Below are positions 1 to 10,334 of a DNA stretch of 64,000 bases, piece by piece. Numbering within the stretch: position 1 is the first letter of the stretch; each line of letters starts with the position of its first letter. Both the position numbers and the translations under genes were made by a program. The stretch is from Novilysobacter viscosus (GTDB taxonomy: Bacteria > Pseudomonadota > Gammaproteobacteria > Xanthomonadales > Xanthomonadaceae). Location of the stretch: assembly GCF_046600715.1 (NCBI RefSeq), contig NZ_JBJMAV010000001.1, positions 149,980 through 213,979 of the forward strand. Reading direction: 5' to 3'. A model generated the notes under the pieces. It saw nothing but the letters and a program-made list of their open reading frames with translations. It made no database searches and was not told the DNA's origin.

Positions 1-653
1 AGCTGGAGCGGATCGTGCAACGGAACCGGCGTATCGAGCGGGGTGAACGCCTGTTCTGGCCGGGCGCGCCGCTCGCGGGGGTGTACGTGGCACGGGAGGG
101 TGCCTTCAAGACCACGGTGATCGACGAGTCGGGCGAGGAGCAGGTCCTGGGGTTCCACCTGCCCGGGGAAGTGATCGGACTGGACGCGATGGGCACCGGT
201 GTTCACCGCTGCGAGGCCGTCGCGCTGGCCACGGCCGAGGTGTGCGAGATCCCGTTCGCGCAGCTGACCGCGGTGGCGGCGCAATTGCCCTCGCTGCAGC
301 AGCAGCTGATGCGCGTGATCGGGCAGGGCGTGGATCGCGACCAGGTCCACCTCGGCGTGCTGGTGCGACGCCAGGCCAACGAGCGCGTCGCACTGTTCCT
401 GCACGGCCTGGGCGAGCGACTGCGCACCGCAGGCCAGTCCGCGACCCGGATCCGCCTGCCCATGAGTCGCGAGGACATCGCCCGCTACCTCGGCCTGGCG
501 CTGGAGACCGTCAGCCGCGGGTTTTCGCGCCTGCAGGAAGACGGCGTGATCGAAGTGACCGGTCGCCAGGTGGAAGTGGTGGACGCCGCCCTCCTCGCGC
601 GGCTGGCGCACGGCGTTGAGGAGCGCGTGCCGCGCCGGGGTCGCATCGCCTGA
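1..653 (+). CDS. fnr: Crp/Fnr-family transcriptional regulator (FNR/FixK-like), 5' partial
   Basis: Reading frame is open to the window edge. cNMP-binding-like beta-roll and C-terminal HTH (RYLGLALETVSRGFSRLQ). Paralogous to the 42663-43415 FNR. Sits in the classic position next to the cco cluster. Confidence 0.8.
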   Translation, partial: LERIVQRNRRIERGERLFWPGAPLAGVYVAREGAFKTTVIDESGEEQVLGFHLPGEVIGLDAMGTGVHRCEAVALATAEVCEIPFAQLTAVAAQLPSLQQQLMRVIGQGVDRDQVHLGVLVRRQANERVALFLHGLGERLRTAGQSATRIRLPMSREDIARYLGLALETVSRGFSRLQEDGVIEVTGRQVEVVDAALLARLAHGVEERVPRRGRIA

Positions 654-668
654 CCGCGCGGCGGCCAC

Positions 669-1388
669 TCAGCCGCCCGGAATGCAGCCCAGGGCATGAA
701 GCGCAGGGCCGATGACGGGCAGGGCGCCCAGCCATGGCGCGGCCATCGTTACCAGTCCCACGCCCATCACCAGGGCGCCGCCGGCGCGGCGGGTAGTGGC
801 GGCATGCCGGCCCTGCAGTGCGCGCGCGCCGGTCCAGGCCAGCGGCACCATCAGCGGCAGCGTGCCCAGGCCGAACGCGGCCATCGTCAGTGCACCGTTG
901 CGCGCGTCGGCCTGCAACCACGCCGCCGCAAGCACTGCACCACTGAGGCCGCACGGCATCCAGCCCCACAGCGCGCCCAGCCCGATGCGCTTCCACGCCC
1001 GGTCCGCCGGCATCAGCGCACGTTGAAGGGGTCGCAGCCGGTTCCACAGCGCGACCCCGGGCCGGACGGTGCCCAGGCGCAGGCGGCGCTCGGACCAGAG
1101 CCGCCAACCGATTGCCACCATCACCATGCCCAGCAGGAAACGCAGGGCCGGCCCCAGCCATTCGAGTTGCGCCACCGCAACGATCCCGTGGCCAACGCCG
1201 CCGGCGATCGCGCCGGCAGCGGAATAGCCGGCCACCCGCCCCAGGTTGGACTGCACCGCCGCCGCCAGGCCGCCACCGCCGACGCTCGACAGTCCGGTGG
1301 CGATGCCGCCGCACATGGCGATGCAGTGCAGCCCGCCCAGCGCACCGGCGCTGGCCGCGGCCATCAGGGTCAGCCAGTCAATCGGCAT
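669..1388 (-). CDS. TauE/SafE (DsbD_2-like) family membrane protein, cco-associated
   Basis: 239-aa polytopic Gly/Ala-rich membrane protein with HCIAMCGG and MPCG motifs. Immediately downstream of ccoS, overlapping it by 11 nt. Confidence 0.55.
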   Translation of the reverse strand: MPIDWLTLMAAASAGALGGLHCIAMCGGIATGLSSVGGGGLAAAVQSNLGRVAGYSAAGAIAGGVGHGIVAVAQLEWLGPALRFLLGMVMVAIGWRLWSERRLRLGTVRPGVALWNRLRPLQRALMPADRAWKRIGLGALWGWMPCGLSGAVLAAAWLQADARNGALTMAAFGLGTLPLMVPLAWTGARALQGRHAATTRRAGGALVMGVGLVTMAAPWLGALPVIGPALHALGCIPGG

Positions 1389-1590
1389 CGTCGCGTCCGC
1401 CGGCCCTGTCTCGCCCGGGGGCGCTGTCCGGATTGGGCAGGGGCTTCTCGCGGGGGTCGTCGCAGAGGATGTCGAGCGAAGGCGTATCCAGATCGTCGAA
1501 CTGGCCCCGACGCACCGCCCACACGAACGCCCACACGGCGACGCCCAGCAACACCATGCTGATCGGCACCAGCATCAGCAGGATGCTCAT
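1378..1590 (-). CDS. ccoS: cbb3 oxidase maturation protein CcoS (FixS)
   Basis: Internal Met start MSILLMLVPISMVLLGVAVWAFVWAVRRGQFDDLD. Its ATG overlaps the ccoI TGA (ATGA coupling). Single TM, about 70 aa. Confidence 0.8.
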   Translation of the reverse strand: MSILLMLVPISMVLLGVAVWAFVWAVRRGQFDDLDTPSLDILCDDPREKPLPNPDSAPGRDRAGGRDDAD

Positions 1591-3989
1591 GGCGCCACCC
1601 CGGCGGCGCGACCGGGCCGCGCCAGGCGCAACGCGTTGCCCACCACCAGCAGCGAGGATCCGGCCATGCCCAGCGCCGCTACCCATGGCGTCACCAGGCC
1701 CGCCGCCGCGAGGGGGATGGCAACCACGTTGTAGGCCAACGCCCACGCCAGGTTCTGCCGGATCACCGACCGGGTGCGCCGGGCCACGTCCACGGCCTGC
1801 GCGATCCGCACCAGCGAGTCACCCTGCAGCACCAGGTCGGCGGCGCGCTGGGCCAGCGGTGCGCCGCGGCCCATGGCGATCGACACGTCGGCCCCGGCCA
1901 GCACCGGAGCATCGTTGAGCCCGTCGCCGACCATCGCCACTACGCGTCCCGACGCCTGCAGTGCACGCACCGCCGCGAGCTTGCACTCCGGTGTCTGCCG
2001 CGAGGCCGGTGCATCGATGCCCAGCCGCGCGGCCAGCGCGTCGACGGTGGTGGCGGCGTCGCCGCTGGCCATGCGGACCGTCAGGCCCAGCGACTTGAGC
2101 CAGTCGACGGCCAACCGTGCGTCCGGGCGCTCGCCGTCGACGACCTCGAAGCGGCCGTAGGCCCGCTGGCCGTCCCCGAGCCAGATCGCGCCGTCGTCGG
2201 CGCGACCGGCCGCGAACGGCGCCTGCCCGATGCGAAGCGCCTGCCCGTCCACCGTACCGGCTATCCCCTGTCCGGCAACTCGGGTGACGCCCGTGGCTGT
2301 GAGGCCGGGCGGGGGCGGCGGGAACGCCCCGGCCAGGGGGTGACCGCTGGCATGTTCCAGCACCGCGGCCAGGGCCAATGCGCGTGCAGCATCGCTGTCT
2401 TCCGGCGTACTGCTGCCGGCCAGGGTGGGTCGGCCGCGGGTCAGGGTTCCGGTCTTGTCGAACACGATGTCGGTGGCGGAGGCGAGACGCTCCAGCGCGC
2501 GGTCGGTCAGTGTCAGCACGCCCAGCCGCGACAAGCTTCCCTGCGCGGTGGCCAGTGCGGTCGGCACGGCCAGCGCCAGCGCGCACGGGCAGCTGATGAC
2601 CAGCAACGCCAGGGTGACCTCAAGCGCGCGCTCGGGCATGTACCAGCGCCAGCCCAGGTAGACCACGACCGCAGCCAGGAGCAGGCCGGCGACGAAATGG
2701 TGCGCCACGCGCTCGCTGGCCACCGCAAGCGCCGGACGCATCGCCTGCGCGTGTTCGACCAGGCGCGCGAGTTCCGACAGGCGGGTGGTGGCGCCGGTGC
2801 CGGTCACCCGCATCCGAACCGGATGGTGGCGGGCGGAACTGCCGGCGTAGACCGATTGCCCGGCGGCGCGCGACACCGGCGCCGACTCACCGGTCAGCAG
2901 CGCCTCCTCAACCAGCGCATCCTCCAGCAGCACGCCATCGGCCGGCACCACCGTGCCCACCGACACGCGGATCGCGTCGCCGACCTGCAGGGCGGGGGTG
3001 GGCACGTTCTCGCAGGTGCCGTCGGCGCGCTCGCGCAGCGCGAATGCGGGGCGCGCGCGCGCCAGGGCATCCACCTGCGCGCTGGCGATGCGCCGCGCGC
3101 GCTGCTCCAGCATGCGTGCGCCCAGCAGCAGGAACACGAACATCACCGCCGCGTCGTACCAGACGTGCGGGCCACCACGCAGCGTCTCCACCACGCTGGC
3201 GCCCCACGCAAGAAGGGTCGAACCGGCCACCAGCGTGTCCATGCCCAGCCGCCGCAACCGGAGTTCGCGCCAGGCGCCGTGCAGGAAGGGCCAGCCGGCA
3301 TAGAACACCACCGGCGTCGAGACCAGGAGCGTGATCCAGCGGAAGAAGTCGCGCGTGGCCAGCGGCATCGAGGCGTTGAAGTCCAGGTACAGCGCCTCGG
3401 CCAGCATCATGGCCTGCATGGCGCCCAGCCCGGCGATCCCAAGTCGCAGCAGGTCGCGGTTGCGCGCGCGCCGCCGCGCCTCTTCGCTGGCGCTCCCGGT
3501 CGCCAGCGAGGGCGCGTACCCCAGGCCCGCCAGGCGCCGGACGATGGCCGACAGGGAGACCAGCGACGGGTCCCATGCCACCCGCACGCGGCCGGTGACG
3601 GCATTGGCCGACACCCAGTGCACGCCGGGCTCGCGCTGCACCGCACGGTCCACCAGCCAGGCGCAGGCGGCGCATCGCATGGCATCGGTCAGCAGGGTGG
3701 TTTCATGCACCCCGTCGCGGGCCACGACGTGCTCGGCGTGGATCTCGGCACGGTCCCAGAGCTCGAAATGGCCCTCGGCGGTGTCGCCGTCGACGCGGCC
3801 GGCCGGCACCGCGCGAAGCCGGTAATAGTCGTCCAGGCCGGCATCGCGGATCCAGGCCGCGGCGGCCTCGCAACCGTCGCAGCAGTAGCCGCCGCGCCCG
3901 CTGCCAATGGGGTCGCCGCAGTGTGCGCACCCCCCGGCCCGGTCGGCGTCGCCCGCCGCGATCGCCGCATCCCGGGCGGTGGCGTTCAC
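1587..3989 (-). CDS. ccoI: copper-translocating P1B-type ATPase CcoI (FixI)
   Basis: DKTGTLT, CPCALALAVP and GDGLNDAP motifs plus an N-terminal metal-binding Cys cluster. A GTG start overlaps the ccoH stop (GTGA). The long ORF extension upstream of this was discarded. Confidence 0.85.
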   Translation of the reverse strand: MNATARDAAIAAGDADRAGGCAHCGDPIGSGRGGYCCDGCEAAAAWIRDAGLDDYYRLRAVPAGRVDGDTAEGHFELWDRAEIHAEHVVARDGVHETTLLTDAMRCAACAWLVDRAVQREPGVHWVSANAVTGRVRVAWDPSLVSLSAIVRRLAGLGYAPSLATGSASEEARRRARNRDLLRLGIAGLGAMQAMMLAEALYLDFNASMPLATRDFFRWITLLVSTPVVFYAGWPFLHGAWRELRLRRLGMDTLVAGSTLLAWGASVVETLRGGPHVWYDAAVMFVFLLLGARMLEQRARRIASAQVDALARARPAFALRERADGTCENVPTPALQVGDAIRVSVGTVVPADGVLLEDALVEEALLTGESAPVSRAAGQSVYAGSSARHHPVRMRVTGTGATTRLSELARLVEHAQAMRPALAVASERVAHHFVAGLLLAAVVVYLGWRWYMPERALEVTLALLVISCPCALALAVPTALATAQGSLSRLGVLTLTDRALERLASATDIVFDKTGTLTRGRPTLAGSSTPEDSDAARALALAAVLEHASGHPLAGAFPPPPPGLTATGVTRVAGQGIAGTVDGQALRIGQAPFAAGRADDGAIWLGDGQRAYGRFEVVDGERPDARLAVDWLKSLGLTVRMASGDAATTVDALAARLGIDAPASRQTPECKLAAVRALQASGRVVAMVGDGLNDAPVLAGADVSIAMGRGAPLAQRAADLVLQGDSLVRIAQAVDVARRTRSVIRQNLAWALAYNVVAIPLAAAGLVTPWVAALGMAGSSLLVVGNALRLARPGRAAGVAP

Positions 3990-4498
3990 GGCGCGGGCGG
4001 GCTGCGCAGGGCGGGCTGGACCACCGCTGCCAGGGTGCCTTCGACCAGGCGACCCTGCAGGCGCCAGCTCCCATCGCTGGCTTCCAGCACCAGGTTCCAC
4101 GCCGGGCCTGCGTCCAACCGCAGGGGGGCGCGCCAACCCGCGTCGCTGCGCTGGAGCTGCAGCTCGACGTCATCGGCCTGCGAAGCAGGATGCACCAGCG
4201 TCAGCACCAGCAGCTGCGCCCCGTCGAAGTCACCGGCAGCCGGAATCACCTCGACGAAGCCGCCTTCCGGGTCAATCCGCACCACCGCCCGCAACTGGCG
4301 GCGCGCGGCAACGGCATCGGGGCCAATGTCGGCGACCTGCACCTGCGCGGTGCGCCTGACGTCCTCGGGCACGGCGTCGCTGCCGCCGCTGCGTACCGAC
4401 ACCACGATCAGCCCGATGCCGGCGACGACCGCCACCAGCGGCAGGCCGATGACCAGCCAGATGACCGGGTTGCGCCAATTGGAGAAGAAGGAGCTCAT
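3986..4498 (-). CDS. ccoH: cbb3 oxidase assembly protein CcoH (FixH)
   Basis: 170 aa with an N-terminal TM (WLVIGLPLVAVVAGIGLIVV). Position is between ccoG and ccoI. A 4-nt overlap with ccoG. Confidence 0.75.
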   Translation of the reverse strand: MSSFFSNWRNPVIWLVIGLPLVAVVAGIGLIVVSVRSGGSDAVPEDVRRTAQVQVADIGPDAVAARRQLRAVVRIDPEGGFVEVIPAAGDFDGAQLLVLTLVHPASQADDVELQLQRSDAGWRAPLRLDAGPAWNLVLEASDGSWRLQGRLVEGTLAAVVQPALRSPPAP

Positions 4499-6042
4499 TG
4501 CAGCGGTCCAAACCAGGTGGTGGCGACGTCGGCATGCGCATCGCCCTGTTGCGATTGCACCACGACCTGCAGGTCATGGCGGCCGCGGGCACCGGCGGGG
4601 CCGTTCACGGTAAGCGGAAGCTCGGCCACCTGCTGGGCCGGTACGCGGACCGGCTCTAGCGGCTGCAGGACAAGGCCCGGCGAACCCGCCTCGATAGATA
4701 CGGTGTAGACCTCGTCCTGGTCGGTCTTGTTGACCAGCTTGAGGGTGTAGCCATTCTCGATGCCCCCTGCGACTTCCCGGTACAGGGCGTTGCGGTCGCG
4801 CAGCACTTCCGCGATGAGCGGATCGCGATGCGTAACGCCCCAGCCCCACGCCACCAGAAGCGCCAGCAGCGCCGCGCCGTAGAAGATTATGCGCGGCCTC
4901 AGCACGCGCGTGGGCTTGCCGTCGATCGCGTTCTGGGTCGCGTAGCGGATCAGCCCGTGCGGGTAGCCCATCCGGTCCATCACGTCGTTGCACGCGTCGA
5001 TACACGCATCGCACGCGATGCACTCGTACTGCAGGCCGTTGCGGATGTCGATGCCGGTGGGGCACACCTGCACGCAGATGGTGCAGTCGATGCAGTCGCC
5101 CAGTTCGTCGGGGCTGAAGCGCGGTAGCGGAGCGGCCTCGCTGGCCTCGCAGTCGAAGGTGATCGTCCCGCGCGCCTGCGCGCGGTTGTCGGCGGCGGTG
5201 GGGTGTTGGGCAGCGCGGAACACCAGGTCGTACGCGGTAAGTTTGTCCAGCAACCCGCGTGCGCGTTGCAACACGCTGGGCATGCCGCGCTTGCGGGGCC
5301 CGCGGGGCTCGCCGCGCATCGGGTCATAGGCGATGAGCAGGGTGTTGCGGTCGAACATCGCGCTCTGGAAGCGCGCGTACGGACACATGTACTTGCATAC
5401 CTGCTCGCGCAGGAAACCCGCGTTGCCCCAGGTCGCCAGGGCATAAAACAGCACCCAGAACGTTTCCCAGCCGCCCCACTGGAACGGCCACGCACGCGCC
5501 CACAGTTCGGTGACGGGGGTGAAGAAACCGACGAAGGTGAACCCGGTCCACAGCGCGAACACCAGCCACAACGCGTGCTTGGCCCCCTTGCGTGCGAGCT
5601 TTCGCGCCGACCAGGGCGCGGCGTCGAGCTTCATCCGCTTGTTGCGGTCACCCTCCGTCCAGCGCTCCATCCACAGGAACACCTCGGTCCAGACCGTCTG
5701 TGGGCATGCGTAGCCGCACCAGAGCCGTCCGGCCAGCGCGGTGAAGAAGAACAGCGCCAGCGCGGCGATGATCAGCAGCAGCGCCAGGAACAGGAAGTCC
5801 TGTGGCCAGAAGGTCAGGCCGAAGACATGGAACTTGCGCGCGGGCAGGTCGAACAGAACCGCCTGGCGATCGTCCCATCGCAGCCAGGGGAACAGGTAGA
5901 ACATGCCCAGCAGCCAGACCACCGCCAGCTTGCGCAGCCGGTCGAGCGGCCCGCGCACTTCACGCGGGTAGATCTTGCTTTCGCTGACGTAGGGACCGGT
6001 GGGCTCCTCGCCGATCACCGACAGGGGAATGGAGCGGGTCAC
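4495..6042 (-). CDS. ccoG: cbb3 oxidase accessory 4Fe-4S ferredoxin CcoG (FixG)
   Basis: Two CxxCxxCxxxCP ferredoxin motifs (CIDCTICVQVCP, CIACDACIDAC), N-terminal TMs, 515 aa. Confidence 0.9.
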   Translation of the reverse strand: MTRSIPLSVIGEEPTGPYVSESKIYPREVRGPLDRLRKLAVVWLLGMFYLFPWLRWDDRQAVLFDLPARKFHVFGLTFWPQDFLFLALLLIIAALALFFFTALAGRLWCGYACPQTVWTEVFLWMERWTEGDRNKRMKLDAAPWSARKLARKGAKHALWLVFALWTGFTFVGFFTPVTELWARAWPFQWGGWETFWVLFYALATWGNAGFLREQVCKYMCPYARFQSAMFDRNTLLIAYDPMRGEPRGPRKRGMPSVLQRARGLLDKLTAYDLVFRAAQHPTAADNRAQARGTITFDCEASEAAPLPRFSPDELGDCIDCTICVQVCPTGIDIRNGLQYECIACDACIDACNDVMDRMGYPHGLIRYATQNAIDGKPTRVLRPRIIFYGAALLALLVAWGWGVTHRDPLIAEVLRDRNALYREVAGGIENGYTLKLVNKTDQDEVYTVSIEAGSPGLVLQPLEPVRVPAQQVAELPLTVNGPAGARGRHDLQVVVQSQQGDAHADVATTWFGPLQ

Positions 6043-6045
6043 GGC

Positions 6046-6348
6046 TCACGCATCCGGGGGCAACGCCCGGTTGAACCGGCTGGCCGGCCGCAGCAGCCAC
6101 CAGGTGAAGAGGCTGGACGCGCCCGTCGCCAGCCAGAACATGAAGAACCCGACCGTGTAGCCCAGCTCCCGGGTGACCTGCCAGCCCGGCAGCGTCATGT
6201 CGCGCAGCTGCAGGGGGTCGACGAACGCGAAGAACACCATCGTCGCCACGCCCGCGGCGAAGAAGCTGGGCCACAGGATCGCGCCCAGCCGTTGCGCCAG
6301 CGGCCGCGGCGGATGGTCTAACGTCGTGCGGGGGTCCGGCGCCTGCAT
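6046..6348 (-). CDS. small hypothetical membrane protein, coupled between ccoP and ccoG
   Basis: Internal start MQAPDPR; about 100 aa with two TM segments (ILWPSFFAAGVATMVFFAF, YTVGFFMFWLATGASSLF). Its ATG overlaps the ccoP stop (ATGA). The upstream 128 aa of the ORF are Arg/Pro junk. Confidence 0.5.
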   Translation of the reverse strand: MQAPDPRTTLDHPPRPLAQRLGAILWPSFFAAGVATMVFFAFVDPLQLRDMTLPGWQVTRELGYTVGFFMFWLATGASSLFTWWLLRPASRFNRALPPDA

Positions 6349-7283
6349 CACTGCGCAGCCGTTTCCGCGCCGGCCTGTTGCCGCGACAGCGACCACACAT
6401 AGGCGGCGACCAGCCGGCCCCGGGTTTCGCCAAGCCACTCGCGGTGGGCCGGCATCACGCCATGCCGGCCGTTGGCGATGGTCTCGCGCAGGCTGGCCAT
6501 GGACTTGCCGTACATCCAGTAGTCGTCGGTCAGGTCCGGGGCGCCCAGCGCCGCGTTGCCGGTGCCGTCGGCGGCGTGGCAGGCGACGCAGACGCCGTCG
6601 TAGTACTTCTTGCCGCGGACCGCGTCGAAGTCTCGCAGGGCGGCGGGATCGGGGCTGGCCATTGCCAGCACGAAGCGTGCGGTCTGGTCGATGGCCTGGT
6701 CGCCACCCATGCCGCGCAGCACCACGCCCCATGGCGGCATCACGCCCTCGCGGCCATCCAGCACGGAGGTGAGCACCTGTTCGGGTTCGCCGCCCCAGTG
6801 CCAGATGTCGTCGGCCAGGTTCGGGTAGCCGATGGCGCCCTGCGCGGACGAGCCGTGGCAGGTGGCGCAGCTGTTGGCGAAGATGCCGCGACCCAGCGCC
6901 AGAGCAGCCGGGTCGGCCGCGAGCTCCGGCAGGGGCCGGTCGCGATAGACCGCGAACGTCTCGTCCAGGCGTGCGTCCTGCCGGGCCTTCTCAGCGTCGT
7001 GCTCGCCCTGCGACGTCCAGCCGGCGTAGCCCGCGAACGAGCCCAGTCCCGGGTACCAGACCAGGTAACCGACGCTGAAGATGATCGTCAGGTAGAACAG
7101 GTTGATCCACCACCGTGGCAGCGGCTTGTTGTACTCGGTGATGTCACCGTCCCAGACGTGGCTGGTCTCGGTAGGGGCGGGGTCGCCGGGGCGGCGCCGT
7201 GCCGTCCACCACAGCAGCCACACGCAGCCCAGGATGTTGCTGACCACCAGGGCGATGACAAACCACGACCATCCCGCGCTCAT
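6348..7283 (-). CDS. ccoP: cbb3-type cytochrome c oxidase subunit III (diheme c)
   Basis: Two CxxCH motifs (CATCHG, CVACHAADG) and an N-terminal TM. 311 aa. Confidence 0.9.
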   Translation of the reverse strand: MSAGWSWFVIALVVSNILGCVWLLWWTARRRPGDPAPTETSHVWDGDITEYNKPLPRWWINLFYLTIIFSVGYLVWYPGLGSFAGYAGWTSQGEHDAEKARQDARLDETFAVYRDRPLPELAADPAALALGRGIFANSCATCHGSSAQGAIGYPNLADDIWHWGGEPEQVLTSVLDGREGVMPPWGVVLRGMGGDQAIDQTARFVLAMASPDPAALRDFDAVRGKKYYDGVCVACHAADGTGNAALGAPDLTDDYWMYGKSMASLRETIANGRHGVMPAHREWLGETRGRLVAAYVWSLSRQQAGAETAAQ

Positions 7284-7417
7284 CGCCGCGTCTCCTCTTC
7301 ATCCAGCGGCAACTGCGCCGCCTCGTCGAAATCGCGCTTGCGGCGGGGGCTCCAGGCCCAGGCCCAGCCGACCACGAACGCCACCAGCAGGACGGTGGTC
7401 ACGATGCCCGACAGCAT
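7280..7417 (-). CDS. ccoQ: cbb3 oxidase subunit CcoQ
   Basis: About 45 aa, MLSGIVTTVLLVAFVVGWAWAWSPRRKRDFDEAAQLPLDEEE. Sits between ccoO and ccoP. The upstream ORF extension was rejected. Confidence 0.6.
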   Translation of the reverse strand: MLSGIVTTVLLVAFVVGWAWAWSPRRKRDFDEAAQLPLDEEETRR

Positions 7418-7418
7418 G

Positions 7419-8048
7419 TCAGCCGCCCCCCGGAACGTGGCGGCCCAGGTCCTGCAGGTAGGCGACCACCGCGTCCAGTTCGGTCTTGCCGCGCACGTCG
7501 GCGGCAGCGGCGTCGATGTCCTGCTGCGAGTAGGGATCACCCAGGGTCCTCAGCGCACGCATGCGGCGGGTCACTTCCTGCCCATCGACGAAGTTCTCGG
7601 CCAGCCACGGGAACGACGGCATGTTCGACTCGGGCACCACGGCGCGCGGGTCGACCAGGTGCACGCGGTGCCAGTCATCCGAATAGCGCCCGCCCACGCG
7701 CGCCAGGTCCGGCCCGGTGCGCTTGGAACCCCACTGGAACGGGCGGTCGTAGACCGACTCACCGGCCAGCGAGTAGTGGCCGTAGCGTTCGGTCTCGAAG
7801 CGCAGGGTGCGGACCATCTGCGAGTGGCAGTTGTAGCAGCCCTCGCGAACATAGACGTCGCGCCCGGCCAGCTGCAGGGCGGGGTAGGGCTCGACCCCCG
7901 GCAACGGCTCGATCGCCTCGGCCTGGTACATCAGCGGCACGATCTCGGCCAGGCCGCCGAAGGAGACCACCACGGCGATCAGCACCGCCATCAGGCCGAC
8001 GTTCTTCTCGACCTTCTCGTGCGCGTTCTTGTTGTGTTCTTCGCTCAT
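7419..8048 (-). CDS. ccoO: cbb3 oxidase subunit II (monoheme c)
   Basis: CYNCHSQ heme motif and an N-terminal TM. 209 aa. Confidence 0.9.
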   Translation of the reverse strand: MSEEHNKNAHEKVEKNVGLMAVLIAVVVSFGGLAEIVPLMYQAEAIEPLPGVEPYPALQLAGRDVYVREGCYNCHSQMVRTLRFETERYGHYSLAGESVYDRPFQWGSKRTGPDLARVGGRYSDDWHRVHLVDPRAVVPESNMPSFPWLAENFVDGQEVTRRMRALRTLGDPYSQQDIDAAAADVRGKTELDAVVAYLQDLGRHVPGGG

Positions 8049-8063
8049 CGGTAGCTCCGGGGC

Positions 8064-9551
8064 TCAGGCACGCGCCTGGCTGGGTTCGGGCGGCAGCACG
8101 GGCTGGGCCACGGTCCGCGACAGGGCGAAGGTCTTCCACATGTTGACCGCCATCAGGCCCATGCCCGCCAGCACCAGCACGCCGCCACCCAGGCGCACCA
8201 GGTAGTAGGGGTAGGTGACGTTGAGCGCCTCGACGAAGCTGTAGGTCAGCGTGCCGTCGTCATTGGTTGCCCGCCACATCAGGCCCTGCATCACGCCGGC
8301 GATCCACATCGCCACGATGTAGAGCACCACGCCCAGGGTGTGGATCCAGAAGTGCAGGTCGATCCAGCGCGTGGAGTACATGGCGCTCTGGCCGACCAGG
8401 CGCGGCACCAGTGCGTAGATCGAGCCGATCGAGATCATCGCCACCCAGCCCAGTGCGCCGGCGTGGACGTGGCCCACGGTCCAGTCGGTGTAGTGGGACA
8501 GCGAGTTGACCGTCTTGATCGACATCATCGGTCCCTCGAAGGTCGCGATCATGTAGAAGCTCAGCGCGACGATCAGGAACTTGAGGATCGGGTCGGTACG
8601 CAGTTTGTGCCAGACGCCCGACAGGGTGAGGATGCCGTTGATCGCGCCGCCCCAGCTGGGCGCCAGCAGGATCAGCGAGAACACCATGCCCACCGACTGC
8701 GCCCAGTCGGGCAGGGCGGTGTACTGCAGGTGGTGCGGGCCGGCCCACATGTAAACGGCGATCAGCGCCCAGAAGTGCACGATCGACAGGCGGTAGGAGT
8801 ACACCGGCCGCCCGGCCTGCTTGGGCACGAAGTAGTACATCATCCCGAGGAAGCCCGCGGTCAGGAAGAAACCGACCGCGTTGTGGCCGTACCACCACTG
8901 CACCATTGCATCGACTGCGCCGGTATAGACCTGGTAGGACTTGCCCAGCCCCACCGGCAGCGCGAGGTTGTTGACCACGTGCAGCAGCGCGATGGTGATG
9001 ATGTAGGCGCCGTAGAACCAGTTCGCGACGTAGATGTGCTTGACCCGGCGCTTGGCGATGGTGCCGAAGAACAGCCACGCGTAGGCCAGCCACACGATGG
9101 TGATCAGGATGTCGATGGGCCACTCGAGCTCGGCGTACTCCTTGCTCTGGGTGATGCCCAGGGGCAGCGTAATGGCCGCTGCCACGATCACCGCCTGCCA
9201 ACCCCAGAACACGAATGACGCGAGCTTGTCGGAGATCAGCCGTACGTGGCAGGTGCGCTGCACCACGTGCAGGCTGGTGGCGAACAGCGCGCTGCCGCCG
9301 AAGGCGAAGATCACCGCGTTGGTATGCAGCGGGCGCAGGCGGCCATAGCTCAGCCACGGGATGCCCTCGCCTATGGTCGGCCAGTACAGCTGGGCGGCAA
9401 TCAACACGCCCACCGTCATGCCGACGATGCCCCAGACCACGGTGGCGATGGCGAACTGCCGGACTACCTTGTCGTTGTAGAACCCGTCCACTGCGCCAGG
9501 CGCGGGCACGGCACGGGAATCGGCCGGGTGGGCCGCCTGTTGCAGGGTCAT
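8064..9551 (-). CDS. ccoN: cbb3 oxidase catalytic subunit I
   Basis: 495 aa, 12+ TM, conserved His ligands of the heme-copper oxidase family. Heads the ccoNOQP operon. Confidence 0.9.
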   Translation of the reverse strand: MTLQQAAHPADSRAVPAPGAVDGFYNDKVVRQFAIATVVWGIVGMTVGVLIAAQLYWPTIGEGIPWLSYGRLRPLHTNAVIFAFGGSALFATSLHVVQRTCHVRLISDKLASFVFWGWQAVIVAAAITLPLGITQSKEYAELEWPIDILITIVWLAYAWLFFGTIAKRRVKHIYVANWFYGAYIITIALLHVVNNLALPVGLGKSYQVYTGAVDAMVQWWYGHNAVGFFLTAGFLGMMYYFVPKQAGRPVYSYRLSIVHFWALIAVYMWAGPHHLQYTALPDWAQSVGMVFSLILLAPSWGGAINGILTLSGVWHKLRTDPILKFLIVALSFYMIATFEGPMMSIKTVNSLSHYTDWTVGHVHAGALGWVAMISIGSIYALVPRLVGQSAMYSTRWIDLHFWIHTLGVVLYIVAMWIAGVMQGLMWRATNDDGTLTYSFVEALNVTYPYYLVRLGGGVLVLAGMGLMAVNMWKTFALSRTVAQPVLPPEPSQARA

Positions 9552-9605
9552 GGGGTTACCCCAGGTGAACTCGGAATATTGTCGGTTGCGGGCGTCGGGG
9601 CTTCT

Positions 9606-9619
9606 TTGACCTGGGTCAA
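9606..9619. promoter_or_regulatory. FNR-type box TTGACctggGTCAA upstream of ccoN
   Basis: Perfect 5-4-5 palindrome centred about 61 bp upstream of the ccoN ATG. Confidence 0.6.
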
Positions 9620-9740
9620 TTCATGTCTCCGGGTTTCATGTCATGGGCATGCGACCGGTGGCGAAGCCGCTTCGGCCCATGCAGCCCTCTTCGTCCGCCA
9701 TGGCGGGATAAAACGTTAGCAGTCAGCAGGGCGCGTCAAT

Positions 9741-10334
9741 TCAGCCCGGACCGGCGGCCCGGCGGACCGCGGCGACGAACTCCGGATCCGGTTGGCTGCC
9801 CATCTGCTCGGTTCGCGCCAGCACCCGCCCCTGGGCGTCAAGCAGGATCAGGGCGCTGGTGTGGTTGAAGTCACCGTCGGCCAGTGCCCGGTAGCGGATG
9901 CCCAGCACGCCGGCCACGCCGCGGACCTGGGACGGTGCGGGGCTGGCCAGCGTCCAGCGCTGCGTATCGAGGCGCCTGGCGTCGACCACCGAGCGCAGCG
10001 CGACGGGGGTGTCGTGCGCGGGATCCATGCTGATCAGCAGGATGTCCACGCGCTGGCGCTGCGCCGGCGTCAGTTCGCGTTCGATCGCCTTGCCCGCGTC
10101 GACGATCAACGGGCAGATGTACTGGCACGACGTATAGAACATCGCCACCACCTGCGGCTTGCCGCGGCGGGCTGACCACGGCTGGCGGCGGCCATCCTGG
10201 TCGGTCAGGTCGACCTTGAGCCGGTACACCGAGTCGCGCGGCAGCGGCGCGGCGTCGGCGGCCGTTGCACCGGGAGTGGCAATGGCCAGGACCAGGCAGG
10301 CGAGGACGAGGACGGAGTGGCGCAACGGTGTCAT
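9741..10334 (-). CDS. SCO1/SenC family copper chaperone
   Basis: Thioredoxin-fold CxxxC (CQYICP), signal peptide/TM, 197 aa. Last gene of the nirK-nirV-sco operon. Confidence 0.85.
   Translation of the reverse strand: MTPLRHSVLVLACLVLAIATPGATAADAAPLPRDSVYRLKVDLTDQDGRRQPWSARRGKPQVVAMFYTSCQYICPLIVDAGKAIERELTPAQRQRVDILLISMDPAHDTPVALRSVVDARRLDTQRWTLASPAPSQVRGVAGVLGIRYRALADGDFNHTSALILLDAQGRVLARTEQMGSQPDPEFVAAVRRAAGPG

Noticed and set aside
2340-4613. 757-aa ORF on the plus strand
   Set aside because: It is antisense to ccoI/ccoH. The product is Arg/Gly/Ala/Pro-rich low complexity, typical of a high-GC off-frame artefact, and the opposite strand has strong P-type ATPase motifs.
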